A DNA stretch of 64,000 bases, taken from contig NW_026250410.1 in the NCBI RefSeq assembly GCF_024521635.1, positions 434,001 to 498,000 of the forward strand, given 5' to 3'. A model generated the notes under the pieces. The model was given only the letters and a program-made list of their open reading frames with translations, had not been told where the DNA came from and ran no database searches. The position numbers and the translations under genes are program-made. This document shows positions 1 to 10,884 of this stretch, in pieces (position 1 is the first letter of the stretch; the number at the start of each line of letters is the position of its first letter). This stretch comes from Tricharina praecox (lineage: Eukaryota).

Positions 1-849
1 TTACAATGGTGCCAAGCCAAGATCAAGCGAGAATAAGGAACGTGGGAGTCGAAACATGAAGTTCCGATAAACCTCCACCGGGGGACTTGGTTTCATTCAA
101 AGAGAGATCTACTGCGGCTCTGCTCTCGAGATGCTTCACAACAGCATCCAAGCAGCGTGGGCTTCTGTGTGGGATCCATCTTCAGCCCGCTTGGAATTCT
201 GGCCCATGGTGGCTTGGAATTCTGGCCATTGCGGCATGAGAATGCTAGTCAGAACTGGCATAGAAAGAGAAATCTTTCAGCCGCAGCTGCAGCCGCACCC
301 ACCGAGTCGGGCAACTTAACGTGTGCACACTTCGTCAGTGCTGTGAAGGCTCTCTAACGGTACTTGTTACAGTCCCCAGCACAATCACAGCAACGACCAT
401 TTACGGTATTCCTTCCACGACAAAGAATTCATCGACATAGGGAACTTGACAATAACTCCACTGTCAGCCCTCGGCGACAATGATTTCTCCAGGGTCCCAA
501 AGGGCGATCAGATACCGAGCCAAGTTCATGGTGTCAACTGCGAAACCTTAGTTAGCCGTCAAAAGTGTTTGGCTGCCGGAGCCCGAACAACCGCACTATT
601 GGCAGATCACTTTGCTAGCCGCGAGTGTCGACCGGACAGCCACCGTCAACCCGACCTAACAGCCACCGCCGTCCCGTCTCCCCACGAATTGTCCGCCATG
701 ATCTCGATTCTCGATGGGCCGTATTCCATCCGATGAAGCAAAAAGACTCCGGTTATCAGAGTCTGCTTTCATCGCGGGGCGAGCGGACCGGACGTTTTCT
801 CAGAATCCGGCTCGTGCTAACCAAGTCTCATTATTCATACACTCCAACC

Positions 850-1449
850 CAGTGTTCGACATAGTCCAGTCCGTCCGTTCTGAGCCTCGGACTGGGCTGG
901 ACTGTATCTTGGCAGTCCGTCCGGGAGCAGTGTTCAGACGGACTGGTCCAAAAAATTGGAGGGTAGGACGAACTACTTTCACGCAGTCCGTCCAAATGGC
1001 CGGAATGGACCAGATTTTGGCAGTCCGTCCAGTCCGGACTATATCGAACACTGCTCCAAGGACCAACCCTCCGCTACGGACTCCCAAGACCCAGTCCCGT
1101 CCATGCCTTTTGGAGGACGGGATAAAAGTAGTCCGTCCCGCCCGTTAAGTTTCTGGACGGGATTGGACTGCAGTCCGGTAGTTAAAGAAAATTCCCCTCT
1201 TTCCAGCACTTCCTCTACCAAATCCGGCAGTAAGACCTTTCCAGGACACCACCTTCGTCCAATTTGCGCTGTACATAGGTATGTACTTTTACCAGTCTTG
1301 GTGGTCTTAGCAGTCGACTACAGTTCGTCCCGTCCGACCTTACTGGTAGACTAGTCCCGTCCAACAGAAACCTCCGGACGGACTGGATATATGTAGTCCA
1401 GTCCCGTCCATGGGTCCGAACGGACTGGACCGGACTATGTAGAACACTG
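850..1449. mobile_element. Composite non-autonomous hAT-like element(s) with CAGTGTTC termini and dense GGACGGACTGG/CCAGTCCGTCC subterminal motifs
   Basis: Left end CAGTGTTCGACATAGTCC (850) is the inverse of GGACTATATCGAACACTG (ends 1053, 17/18 match) and of GGACTATGTAGAACACTG (ends 1449). Flanks of 850-1053 are CTCCAACC/CTCCAAGG (6/8, possible decayed 8-bp TSD). Short AGTCC/GGACT motifs recur in both orientations. No coding capacity. Confidence 0.75.
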
Positions 1450-1454
1450 CACGC

Positions 1455-1620
1455 ATTGCTTGTACCCTAGGGAGCCCGCAGCCCTATCTTCTAGTCTTGA
1501 TCCATCTGTATATCGCCTTACCTTCTGTGTAGGAGATTCAGGTTTCCCGCCGTACATTTTGCTTCCTCTATTCCCTCGATAATGAAGTTCATCGTAGGGA
1601 TAGGTACTCACCTCCACAGC
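1455..1620 (-). mobile_element. Degraded RNase H-domain fragment of a non-LTR (Tad1-like LINE) retrotransposon
   Basis: Minus strand reads FIIEGIEEAKCTAG, then after a frame change YTDGSRLEDRAAG, resembling the (W/Y)TDGS first-strand motif of LINE RNase H. Frameshifted and short. Confidence 0.5.
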
Positions 1621-2581
1621 AGCGTAAGGTGTGTCACGTGATAATTACTGCCGAGTGATATCAAACTAGTGCTCCCTCCGTCACGCCAAAAACAAAAACA
1701 AAAACCGTCACCACCTCCGGTGGGTGGCTTGAAAACCCCAAGAGTTGAATACAAAGGTTTTCTACCTAGGTTAAACCCGGAAATTTCCCTCGACTCCCCT
1801 CGCCGATTGCATGGCCTAAACCACTAGACCACGCGGGAATTTTTCCGTGCTGGAAACAGCAATTCGATACCTATAAAGTGGTGGGTGCCCTCGCGACGGA
1901 CAAGCTCCGTCACAACGCTGTCTGTGCTGAACGAGTGAAAAACATGCCGTGTGCTTTGAATAGATCTGATGTGACGTCTTTCTGTGTTTGAACGAAAGGT
2001 GCAGCGTGCTAGTGCTGTATCCACAGCGACGCCTGCGAGCTATCCATAGCAAGACAAGCTAGGTATCCGTGGAGAGGAGCCGCAGAGGGAGACGCGATCT
2101 AAAGAGGCGCTGCAACTGGCCGGGTGGTAAGGCTTTGGAGCGAATGGAATACCCGGATGACGAATGTATCGCCATAACCTAGCTAAGATCGCATGCAATT
2201 TAGTGATGAAACAAAAAAGTGTCGCAACATTTATGGTGCACCAGTGAGGTGAAGTTGCATTTGCCGCACAAGCGCCATCTGCCGCGCATTTGAAGGTTGT
2301 TAGCGACGGATGGCTGAGCCTGGAGCGCCACATTTGGATGAGGCTGGAGCAAGACAACCCCCTCAAAATGCCACATAAAGTATCCATGTTATTAGCATGT
2401 AACGACCGTATGGAACCGCAGCTCCAAGGATTGGCGCGATTTGGTAGGTGTCGGGTGTGCGTGTATAAATAATCAACCCATCCTCTACATAATCGAACCC
2501 TCCATAACGAACATCTACAGCTATATGCTCGCTGTCCAGTTACACCCTCTTCAGAACTGTCTCTATTATCCTCCTGCCACG

Positions 2582-3127
2582 CTACAACTTTGCCGGTTCC
2601 CGAACCTTAATGAACAGAGCGTTCCCTTCAGCATACACCCCACCCACCCCATCCTCCACCGTCGCAGTGACAAAAATCTTCCTCCCTTCCCTCTTGACCA
2701 CCTTACCTCTACACAGCACCACAGTCGGCGTCGGCACAGGCTTCTTGAACGTGACGTTCAGATACGCCGTGAACGCCATCGTATTCATGGCGGCGGCCGT
2801 GGAGATATCCAGCATCGTGGTCACCATCCCGCCGTGGAGAACACTCTCGTGTCCGTTCATTCCACTGCCGAGAGAGAAGAGCAGGCATACGTCGCCCGAG
2901 GGGTTGGTGACGACCGCGAGCGCCCGGAACGTGAAGGGTGTATTCAGCGTGACGGCAGTGAGGGAGTTGGTGCGGCCGGGCGTGGGTTGTTCGACGAGGA
3001 TGTCGCCGCTCCTGTAGGGTATGGTGGTGGGGGAGGAGAGGAGGGCGGCGGCCCATGGTGTGCCGGCGAAGTCGGGGTGGTCGTGGGGACTGTAGAAGGA
3101 GGCGGCGGGGGCGGCGGAGAGGGCCAT
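2582..3127 (-). CDS. Hotdog-fold acyl-CoA thioesterase (PaaI/THEM4-like), 181 aa, single exon
   Basis: GHESVLHGGMVTTMLD motif, AFTAYLNVTFKKPVPTP and EGRKIFVTATVEDG..YAEGNALF are typical of fungal thioesterase-superfamily proteins. GC-rich coding bias, ATG start, TAG stop. Confidence 0.9.
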   Translation of the reverse strand: MALSAAPAASFYSPHDHPDFAGTPWAAALLSSPTTIPYRSGDILVEQPTPGRTNSLTAVTLNTPFTFRALAVVTNPSGDVCLLFSLGSGMNGHESVLHGGMVTTMLDISTAAAMNTMAFTAYLNVTFKKPVPTPTVVLCRGKVVKREGRKIFVTATVEDGVGGVYAEGNALFIKVREPAKL

Positions 3128-4096
3128 TTCACGCGTCGGAGGGAGATAAGGTGGGTAGAGTAAATTGAGTGTGATAATCGCACCCTTGGAGATGCATATT
3201 TATTCACTGGAATCGATCTGTATAGCCGGGAGAGGTACCGTAGATTTATTTCGCACACAGCCTAACCACTGCCGATTTTATTCTTGTTTAATAATCCACG
3301 CATTGAACCTATCCAGAGTAGATCATGGCATACCATCCACAGCCGAGTAGCCGCTGTGGGGGAGGAACCGATTATGTAACTGCCATAATCTAATAAGGTT
3401 GAATGCAAACTGATTAAACAAAAAGCCGAGCAACCGCTGGGCCCTTGATCCTGGACCCTGGGTGCCTGGGGTGAGTGATGGCAGGTGACGATCAGGCAGC
3501 CACGCCAACCACCGAAGTTGACCAAATCCACACATGATTCCGCGACCAGGTGTCCCCCACCAGAGTGAGCCCTTGCAAACCTTAATCAACCTCAATTCGC
3601 TGCGCTAAGTTTCGGGAGTTACGGTTGGCTGGTGTCATCACGCATGACAGGAAGTAGTCTAGAAGGAGAAAGGTTCGTGCATAGTATCGGAAGTCAGAGA
3701 CAGCCCCAATGCTCTAATGCCCAGAAACCACCTTTATCACTTGTTGGAGAAGCTATCACCTTGAGAAGACAGAGCGAATCGTATTCCCAAAAAATAGATG
3801 GGGCAAAGCTGTTGGAAATTTTCTGGCTTTGCATATCCACCAGAGATACCGCAAAAGCGGTTGTTTGCCACGAAAATGTAGTATGCCGGGTCTAGTCCCA
3901 GTAAAGGTGGAGTTTCTCGACTCTACTGACTCAAGCTTCGGGCACACTCACTCCTCCGACCTTCCAGGATGAACGGGCTCTCTGCTCTCCGGAATCATCA
4001 ATCTCCAAGCCGACTCTACGGGTATCGTAGTCCCACTTCTTGCCTCGAAGAGCACTCCATGAGCGCCTATTAATGAATGAACAGTTCTTCTGATGC

Positions 4097-7000
4097 TCAA
4101 GTTTTTGATTCTTGTGATCTGCCTTGCGCCCTCTTCTTTTCCAAGAACTTTGCTACCCCCGCGTGACTTCCTTGGTTAGCGAGATCCTCGGCAGCCCCGC
4201 CCCCAGAAGTCGTCGCGATATCAGCACCGGCATCCACCAATATCCGTACGATCTCCATGTTGCCTTTTGCTGCTTCTGCCTGTAACGCCGACAAGCCCTT
4301 CCTATTTGCTATACTGAGATCTGCGCCACTCTCTACCAAGCGCTTGACGAGCCCAGCCGACCCACCAGCTATAGCTGCGTGCAACGCACTCCCGCACACT
4401 CCGCTTTGCAAATTGACATTCGCACCGCGTTCCAACAGCCTCTCGACTACATGTACCTTTTTCCTGCGAACAGCTGCCTGCAATGGGAACCCTCGGCGGG
4501 GACCACGGGTGTCCGAATGCATCCCGCGGTCGATGAATAGGTCCACCAGATCGAGGTGGCCCGACCATGCGGCAGCGAGCAGCGGATTGACGAATTCGCC
4601 GCAGGACAACCCCATGTCGGCGCCGTGCTCCAACAGGAACTTGACCGTGGCGGTTTCCCCTTTCCACGCTGCCGCCTGTAGCGCGCACCCGAAGTGGCCT
4701 CCCGGCGTGTGGATGTTGGCGCCGCTCTGCAGGAGGAACAACAGTATCTCGATGCTGCCGCTGAACGCCGCCGCTATCGCTGCGGTCCCGAGATAGCCCC
4801 CGTGTGCATTCACGTCTGCTCCCTTCTCCACCAAAAGCTTGACGATTTCGAGGCTGCCACCGTTGGATGCTGCGCACTGAAGCGCATTGCCGTACCTTCC
4901 GCCTTGGTTGTTCACGTCGGCACCATCCTCGAGTAGAAGCTCTACTACTAGCATGATGTGTAGATACGACGCTATGTAAAGCGGCTGGAGAGCATCACCG
5001 ACCTCCTCTTTGGGAAAATTATTGGACCAGTAGCGTTTCATCCACAAACGGAACTGGGAGCCCTCGGTGAAGAATTTCCGAAAAATGTCCTTTGTCTTCT
5101 AGTCTAGGGGGACGCACGAGCGGGCATGGAACGGCCACGTGTGGACCGGATATGCTAAAAGTTCGTACGGACTGACATGATCGGTCAAGAGGAGATAGAC
5201 CATACATATCCTTGCAAGAGCGGACGCGGCTTCTTTCACGGGCACGTAGAACTTTCTGTGGTAAAGCAGCTCGAAACGGGGATTATCGTTGCTCGCCACG
5301 CTCTCGCTGTCAGTCATCAAGAACTCTTTGACGGTCTGATGGATGAGCATGACCCGGGACTCCACAATCTCAACCAGAGGGCCGCACAACTCCTGTATCT
5401 CGACCTCTATGTTCAACGGCATGTAATCCTGGATCTCAGGCATCGACCGAGCGTCATCTCTCGTCGCTATAGCTACCCTCAACTCCTCGAGAGAGATCGG
5501 GAACGCGGAATGTGCGATCCACATGAGGATTTCCTTGGCTCTTTCGCGATTCTCGATGGCGACCGTGGAGAGTTTGTGTTCGTAGTATGCGTAGAGCGTC
5601 CGCGGGACGCCTTTCAAGAGCTTTCGTATCTCTGCTGGCGTGTACCGCTTGCTAAGTTCGTTGATGGTGAGGAATACCCAGAGGAACATATGGCCCGAGT
5701 TTTCTTCGAGGAACGTCTCAACCTCGGTCTTCAGTTCGGCCGGATAACTTAGCTTCTTCGCCAATCTTCCCACCTCGTCGGAGATGTATCGCTGGATGTC
5801 AGTCGCGTTGTGATCCTCGGTGCGAATGGCCAGCCTGAGGGCGGGAAGGAGTGACACGATATCTGCGTTCGGTCGGCTGCTGATGGCGATATGTCCTGCG
5901 CAGGTAGTTGCTGTTGACTGGGTCAGGTACAGATTGTGCAGGTGCTCGATAATATCGTATCTGCAGTAACCATCCTCTTGCCGGTTATCGGAACATTCGT
6001 CCAGAGCATCGATGACGTAGTAAACAGCTTCAGCTGCCGGGTTCGTCAGATGGAATGAAAGATGTCCCACAAGCAAGATGCGGACCACTTCGCTTCCTTT
6101 GCGAGATTGAACTTTTCGTATTCTGGCAGGACGTGCGGGAAAAATACGGGGTGCTCATTCAGAAGTTGATATACCAACGACTTCAACACTGCTATGGCCG
6201 TTCGATTCTCTTTGTCTTTGCCGTTGCAGAAAAAGTAAATAACTGTCGACATCGGATCCTTCGCGAGATGCTGTCGTAAGAAATCCATCAGGACCGTCTT
6301 GCCGGTCCCGGGATTCCCGTAAATCCATAGCATTTTGCTATCATTCCCCCCGGCTGAGCACCATTCCTTCAACATTTCCTGTTGGAGAAGCCATTCGCAT
6401 GTGTTGCGGTGTATTTTTGCATTGGGGATCCTTGGGGCTGGGTTGTTGGACGCCGGGAGAAGTGAACGGAGACATTCTTTCTGGAGATCGGTTTCTGAAA
6501 TCATTCGCCACAAAGCCGCATCAGTCTTTTATTCTAAATACAGCCAGTCGAATTACCGGTTACCCACTTTGCCTCCCACCCGGCCGCCTCTTGATCGCGC
6601 GGGGAGCTTCGTCGACACACTCCCTGATTATCCCCCTAACAGTCTGATAATCGATGTTGGTACGGTTCCCAAACTTGACGATATTGGAGTGATCTTCGTC
6701 GATATTCAATTGATGATAGATCTTTTCATTGGGCCCCGAATGAGTCGCAGAGTCGCGGGTTACCATCCGCACTAACGGGCCTCTTCTCTCGAAAGTTTTT
6801 GTATCTGGGTTATACTGTAGCCAGGATAATTCCGATGTCAGTTCGGATCCCGAATTACTATTTCAGGAAGTACTCTACCTCAACGGTTTTAGTGTCTTTT
6901 GTCTCGTAGAAGGAATATATTTTGGCGTCTTTGAAGTCGAACTCGCGGTAGAAGTCGCGATGTAACTCGGGGAGATACTGAGACGTTTCACAGAGATCGT

Positions 7001-8101
7001 GCACCAATCGTTCATTCCGTTGGCCTTTCACCATCGACAGTAAATGATCAATCCGGAGGCCCCTGTTCGGAACACCAAAGAATAAGGCAGCATAGCAAGA
7101 GTTAAATATTGCCTTGTCCTTAGGGTCGCCACGCTTCGCCTCCGTGAGAGCCTAGAAGATCAAAACAGATCCACTGCTATGTTGAGCATATAGATGGCAC
7201 CTACATGCTTAAGAACGATGCCTCCCAGGCTGTGTGCGATGAAAATGATGGGTCGATGAATTTCCTAGCAACAAAAGTTGTTAGAGCCCATACTGAACAG
7301 TCGATCACTAGCAGATCAAAAGCTTACATCGGGACGGCGACGTGATTCCTTCAATGCTTCCAGTAGTCTCCGTGAGAACTCGTGTATCGAGGCATCAGAG
7401 GCACTTTGAAGCAGAGTCGAATCGTAGCCGTAGGTGAGGATTCTGGTTTGGTACTTGGCGTCGCGCAGGTCTCGAGGAAGGAAATCCCGAAGCCACATCT
7501 TCGCACCGCCGCGCGCCTTCCATGAGCCGAAAGCATGGCCGGCGAGTCCCGTAACCGCAACGATACTGGTATCGTACCGGAGTCAGTTCCATCCCACCAG
7601 CCAACAGGGAGAGGTCACAACTCACTCGACGGTAGGCACTGTGCACTCATTGAGCAGCGTCAGCCCCAGAAATTGGGAGTCGAAACTGAGCTCCACGCTG
7701 TCCAAGCCCGGGATTGCAACCCGATGGAATACCACGGTGGATGACTGCGTACAGCGCCGAAGGATGTCCGGAATTTGGCGAAACGTGACAGTCACAATCT
7801 GATACTGGTCGGCTTCGTAGCAAGAAGGCGCTAGAGACCATCCTATGACAGTTCCCCCTTCATCGGCCTTCCTCCGGTCAGGTGGAACCAACTGCTCAAG
7901 AGCTTGTTTAAGGTCGCGCTCGTGTATACCTCTAGGGATGTCGGATACGCGGAAGGTGTAGTACGAAGCGTCCGTCGAAGCCTGGAGTTTTACCGGAGCT
8001 GGTTGGGATTTACGCCAAAGAACCACGAACAGAATCCCCGAGGAACATAGGATAAGAAGTATCGTTGCGACAGTTGGGACGTCTATCGTTAAGTCTGCCA
8101 T
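4097..8101 (-). pseudogene. Fungal NLR-like gene: N-terminal TM segment, SesB-like alpha/beta hydrolase, NACHT, ~8-9 ankyrin repeats; disrupted by a 1-bp frameshift and an in-frame stop
   Basis: Reconstructed exons (minus): 8101-7626, 7565-7328, 7264-7205, 7151-6879, 6814-6568, 6494-4097, all with GT..AG introns and consistent phases. Motifs: DIVAVTGLAGHAFGSW, MWLRDFLP, RILTYGY, RPIIFIAHSLGG (nucleophile elbow), FFGVPNRG, SFYET, DHSNIVKF; Walker A GNPGTGKT; Walker B YVIDALDEC; GHMFLWV; ANK repeats (NALQCAASNG...). Lesions: ATC-TGA at ~6049 (one C short of ATC CTG ACG) and TAG at 5099-5101 in frame with the ANK ORF. Confidence 0.85.
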
Positions 8102-8363
8102 GCCGATGACCGAGCCCCCGAGAATGCAGCTTCAGGAAAGCGGAGGGGAATGCAGCAAGTCTTTATTGACCAGCTACCGGCACAGCCCTGAGCATATTCC
8201 GGCCACTGGGCGGAGTCTGAGACGACCTGCGGCAGCTGTTTTCATCCAGAGCAGTTGGATCGGAAGCTCCGTCACATTGCTTTTGCTGCTGCCCAATTGT
8301 ACTCCGTCTGCCACGTATGTATGCAGAGGACAGTGAAGGCGGAGAAATCCGGGGGTCCGAGAC

Positions 8364-9106
8364 TAGAGGTCCTCAAACCTTGCTGGGTGACCTGGCCGGC
8401 TAGGTGATTAGGTGTTTCTATTGGTTTGGCGATCTTTCAGGTTTCCCGGCACCGCTACTTCCTCCGGCTCAGAAAAAGTTGTCTGGGTGACTTCAGGAAC
8501 TCTAGCTCGCCTCTAGCTTGCCTTTAGTTCGCCGTAATGGGTAGGTGGGTTGTGAGTAGTTTCCGGGATCAAGAACTAGACTGTAAAATATTCTCCATCC
8601 TGTGGTCAAACCTAGTCATCACCCGGAAGAATGCCTCGTGTATCTACAAGAAAAATTGTGCTCGAGTTACTCGACTCCAACATCCGCGCGCAAACGACAG
8701 TCAACTCCATTTTCGAACCCAATGATGGCGAAGAGGATGTGCAACTCAGCAAGCGATTACACCCAGAAAGCTAGCGACATACCTCATACACATGGGAATA
8801 CATTAGTATCGGTACAGATGCCGCATTGCAAGAGTCGATCAACTCGCACAGTTGGAGTCATCAAAGTAATGGCTAGTCACCGAGCAGAATTGACTCCAGT
8901 CAGCAGGCAGGAGGACTGGGCGGTGTAGAAAGGGCTCAGAAGTCAGGGATGTACCCTGGATGTACTCGGAGCTACTCACCTGGCCAGCCAGCCCTGCAGG
9001 GCAAGGTCCTCAAACCCGAATTTCATGGCTGGACATCGTTATTGGTCAATTTGTCTTGATGGGTTTCCGGCCGGCCAGATCACCCGGCAAGGTTTGAGGA
9101 CCTCTA
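8364..9106. mobile_element. Non-autonomous TIR element (hAT-like), 743 bp, with 37-bp TIRs
   Basis: TAGAGGTCCTCAAACCTTGCTGGGTGACCTGGCCGGC (8364) matches the reverse complement of 9070-9106 at 35/37. An extra internal terminus CAAGGTCCTCAAACC lies at ~9002. No clear TSD for the outer pair. Confidence 0.8.
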
Positions 9107-9280
9107 CTGCCCGGGCGCGGGGCACCACGCTTTTGAAATCTAGCTTAGTTAGCATATTCATGTAGTACTTGGTATGTACATACTACGGTAGTAAGTACCT
9201 ATGCACGCGATCGCAAATCGTCAGGAAACATACATCCGAAAGTACTCTACATCCTATGTATCATAGAAACATCTCAATAA

Positions 9281-9364
9281 CAGGGGTCCTCAAAACTTCG
9301 AATGGAATTAAAAATGGGATGGGTTTCGCGAGTCCATTTGTATGGAGTGGTTTGAGGACCCCAG
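9281..9364. mobile_element. Miniature relative of the GGTCCTCAAA-TIR family
   Basis: CAGGGGTCCTCAAA at 9281 and TTTGAGGACCCCAG ending at 9364 form inverted termini sharing the core of the 8364-9106 TIR. No TSD seen. Confidence 0.5.
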
Positions 9365-10312
9365 ATGGAATGGCTGGTGGGTTGCCGAGTGGATCGTTTA
9401 ACTGGTGGCGAGGAGCATGGGGGTTGATGGCCAAGGCAACCGGGAGTCTCGCGGATTTACTCAGTCATTCCTGCTCATTGACTAGAGTCATTCCTTTAAT
9501 GACTCTAACTGTGTGGATTGATTGACTCTTGCAAAGCTTTTCGGATGGCCGCCAACAATCCAAGGTCAATTGCAGCTGTACCGATAAGTATTCCCATGTG
9601 TTTGAGGTATGTTGCCAGCTCGCTGGGTGTAACAACGACCATCGCTTCCATAGATAGTCTTCAGCTTCTAGAAGTTTCAAATTCTGTCGAAGTATCGAGT
9701 TTCCTGCCGTGGCAGTAATAAACACTTGTCCGATCTCTTCAATATTTATTTGCTGTTCCAATTGTTGAATTATTTGTACTCTCATTGATTTCGTGGCATG
9801 GTGGTTTTGCGAGGGCTCATTCGCCAATGGCCGGAAAGCGGCGGGTCGAGAGAAGTAGAACACACAAGGAAAAAGTGGAGATTGAGGTTGATCATCTGTT
9901 CTATAGATAATGATCAAGAAAGAAGAAGAAACCTCGCGGGTGCTGGCTTAGGTTCCCCCCTCCTCGCGATCAGTGGTCGACCCCGCCATGCCCGTCAACG
10001 TTAATGCCCACTACTAACCACATTCGCTTCCTACCGCCGACAGCTCATCCATCACTCAGCCATACCTCGTGGTGGTGGTGGTACTAGAGTAGTGGGGGAG
10101 GTTCGACGACAGCGTCCTCTTTTTTTTCCCCAAGCAAGCGTCTAACAAATACCCCATACTAAACAGAGACGTCCTAAGGGAGTCCATTCATAGGCTACAT
10201 AGCAAACCAACGTCCGGCGTGGTCCGGTCCGAACGGCGGTCCGGACGGGGCTGACTGACGTGGTCCAATCCAGTCCAACGGCTATGTACCAAGCCAATCC
10301 TGGTGGCTGGAG

Positions 10313-10627
10313 TAGGGATGCCGGATGACCATAAAGTATGAGCTGTGACGGTAAAGTTGTCACGTAACGATGTAAGCTTGGTAGTAACGTTACTGCCAAG
10401 ATCGCCACGCACGTGACTGCTGGGTGGCTGGCACCACTTGAACTAGCTAATAGCCGGCCGGGGCGGGCAGTACCAGCCACCCAGCGACCACCAGCCACGT
10501 CAAGACCAAAGCCAGCCACCACTAGCCGCCTTGGCAATAACTTCACCGTCACGACTCATGCTTTACTGTAATATTACGCGACATTACGTGACATTACATT
10601 ACTGTAACGTTACGGGCGGCATCCCTA
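10313..10627. mobile_element. hAT-family MITE, 315 bp, Ac-like TIR with perfect 8-bp TSD
   Basis: TIR TAGGGATGCCG / CGGCATCCCTA (11/11). Target-site duplication GGCTGGAG at 10305-10312 and 10628-10635. Subterminal inverted repeat (~10331-10361 vs ~10537-10567) and GTAAC/GTTAC motifs. Confidence 0.92.
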
Positions 10628-10884
10628 GGCTGGAGGACCGGCGGGTGCAAGCGTGTATATAAGCGCTGCATCGCCACCATTATAGGCGCTTAATAATGGG
10701 TGCTTGGCGGACCAGGGGGAGCTGGCATGGCGAGAAGCTGAGAAGTGGTAATAGGGGTGGGTATCGAACTTCATCCTCATCACCACTGCCTACACCCGCC
10801 CGCCGACCGCCCACCGTCCGCCCGCTGTCAAGAAAAAGACGTCGTCACGTTACGCGAAGCCATCGCCACACAAGATATCCGGCC

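Noticed and set aside
700..1450. CRISPR-like appearance of recurring GTCCGTCC motifs and overlapping ORFs
   Set aside because: Motifs are short, in both orientations and irregularly spaced; the context is eukaryotic with no cas genes. Better explained as TIR-element subterminal repeats.
2582..8101. Thioesterase plus NLR as a linked effector/amyloid-signalling pair
   Set aside because: No amyloid-like (HET-s, PP or sigma) motif is seen at the NLR N-terminus or in the thioesterase; adjacency alone is not evidence.
9465..9917. 150-aa minus-strand ORF in the transposon nest
   Set aside because: No identifiable domain; probably degraded element sequence.
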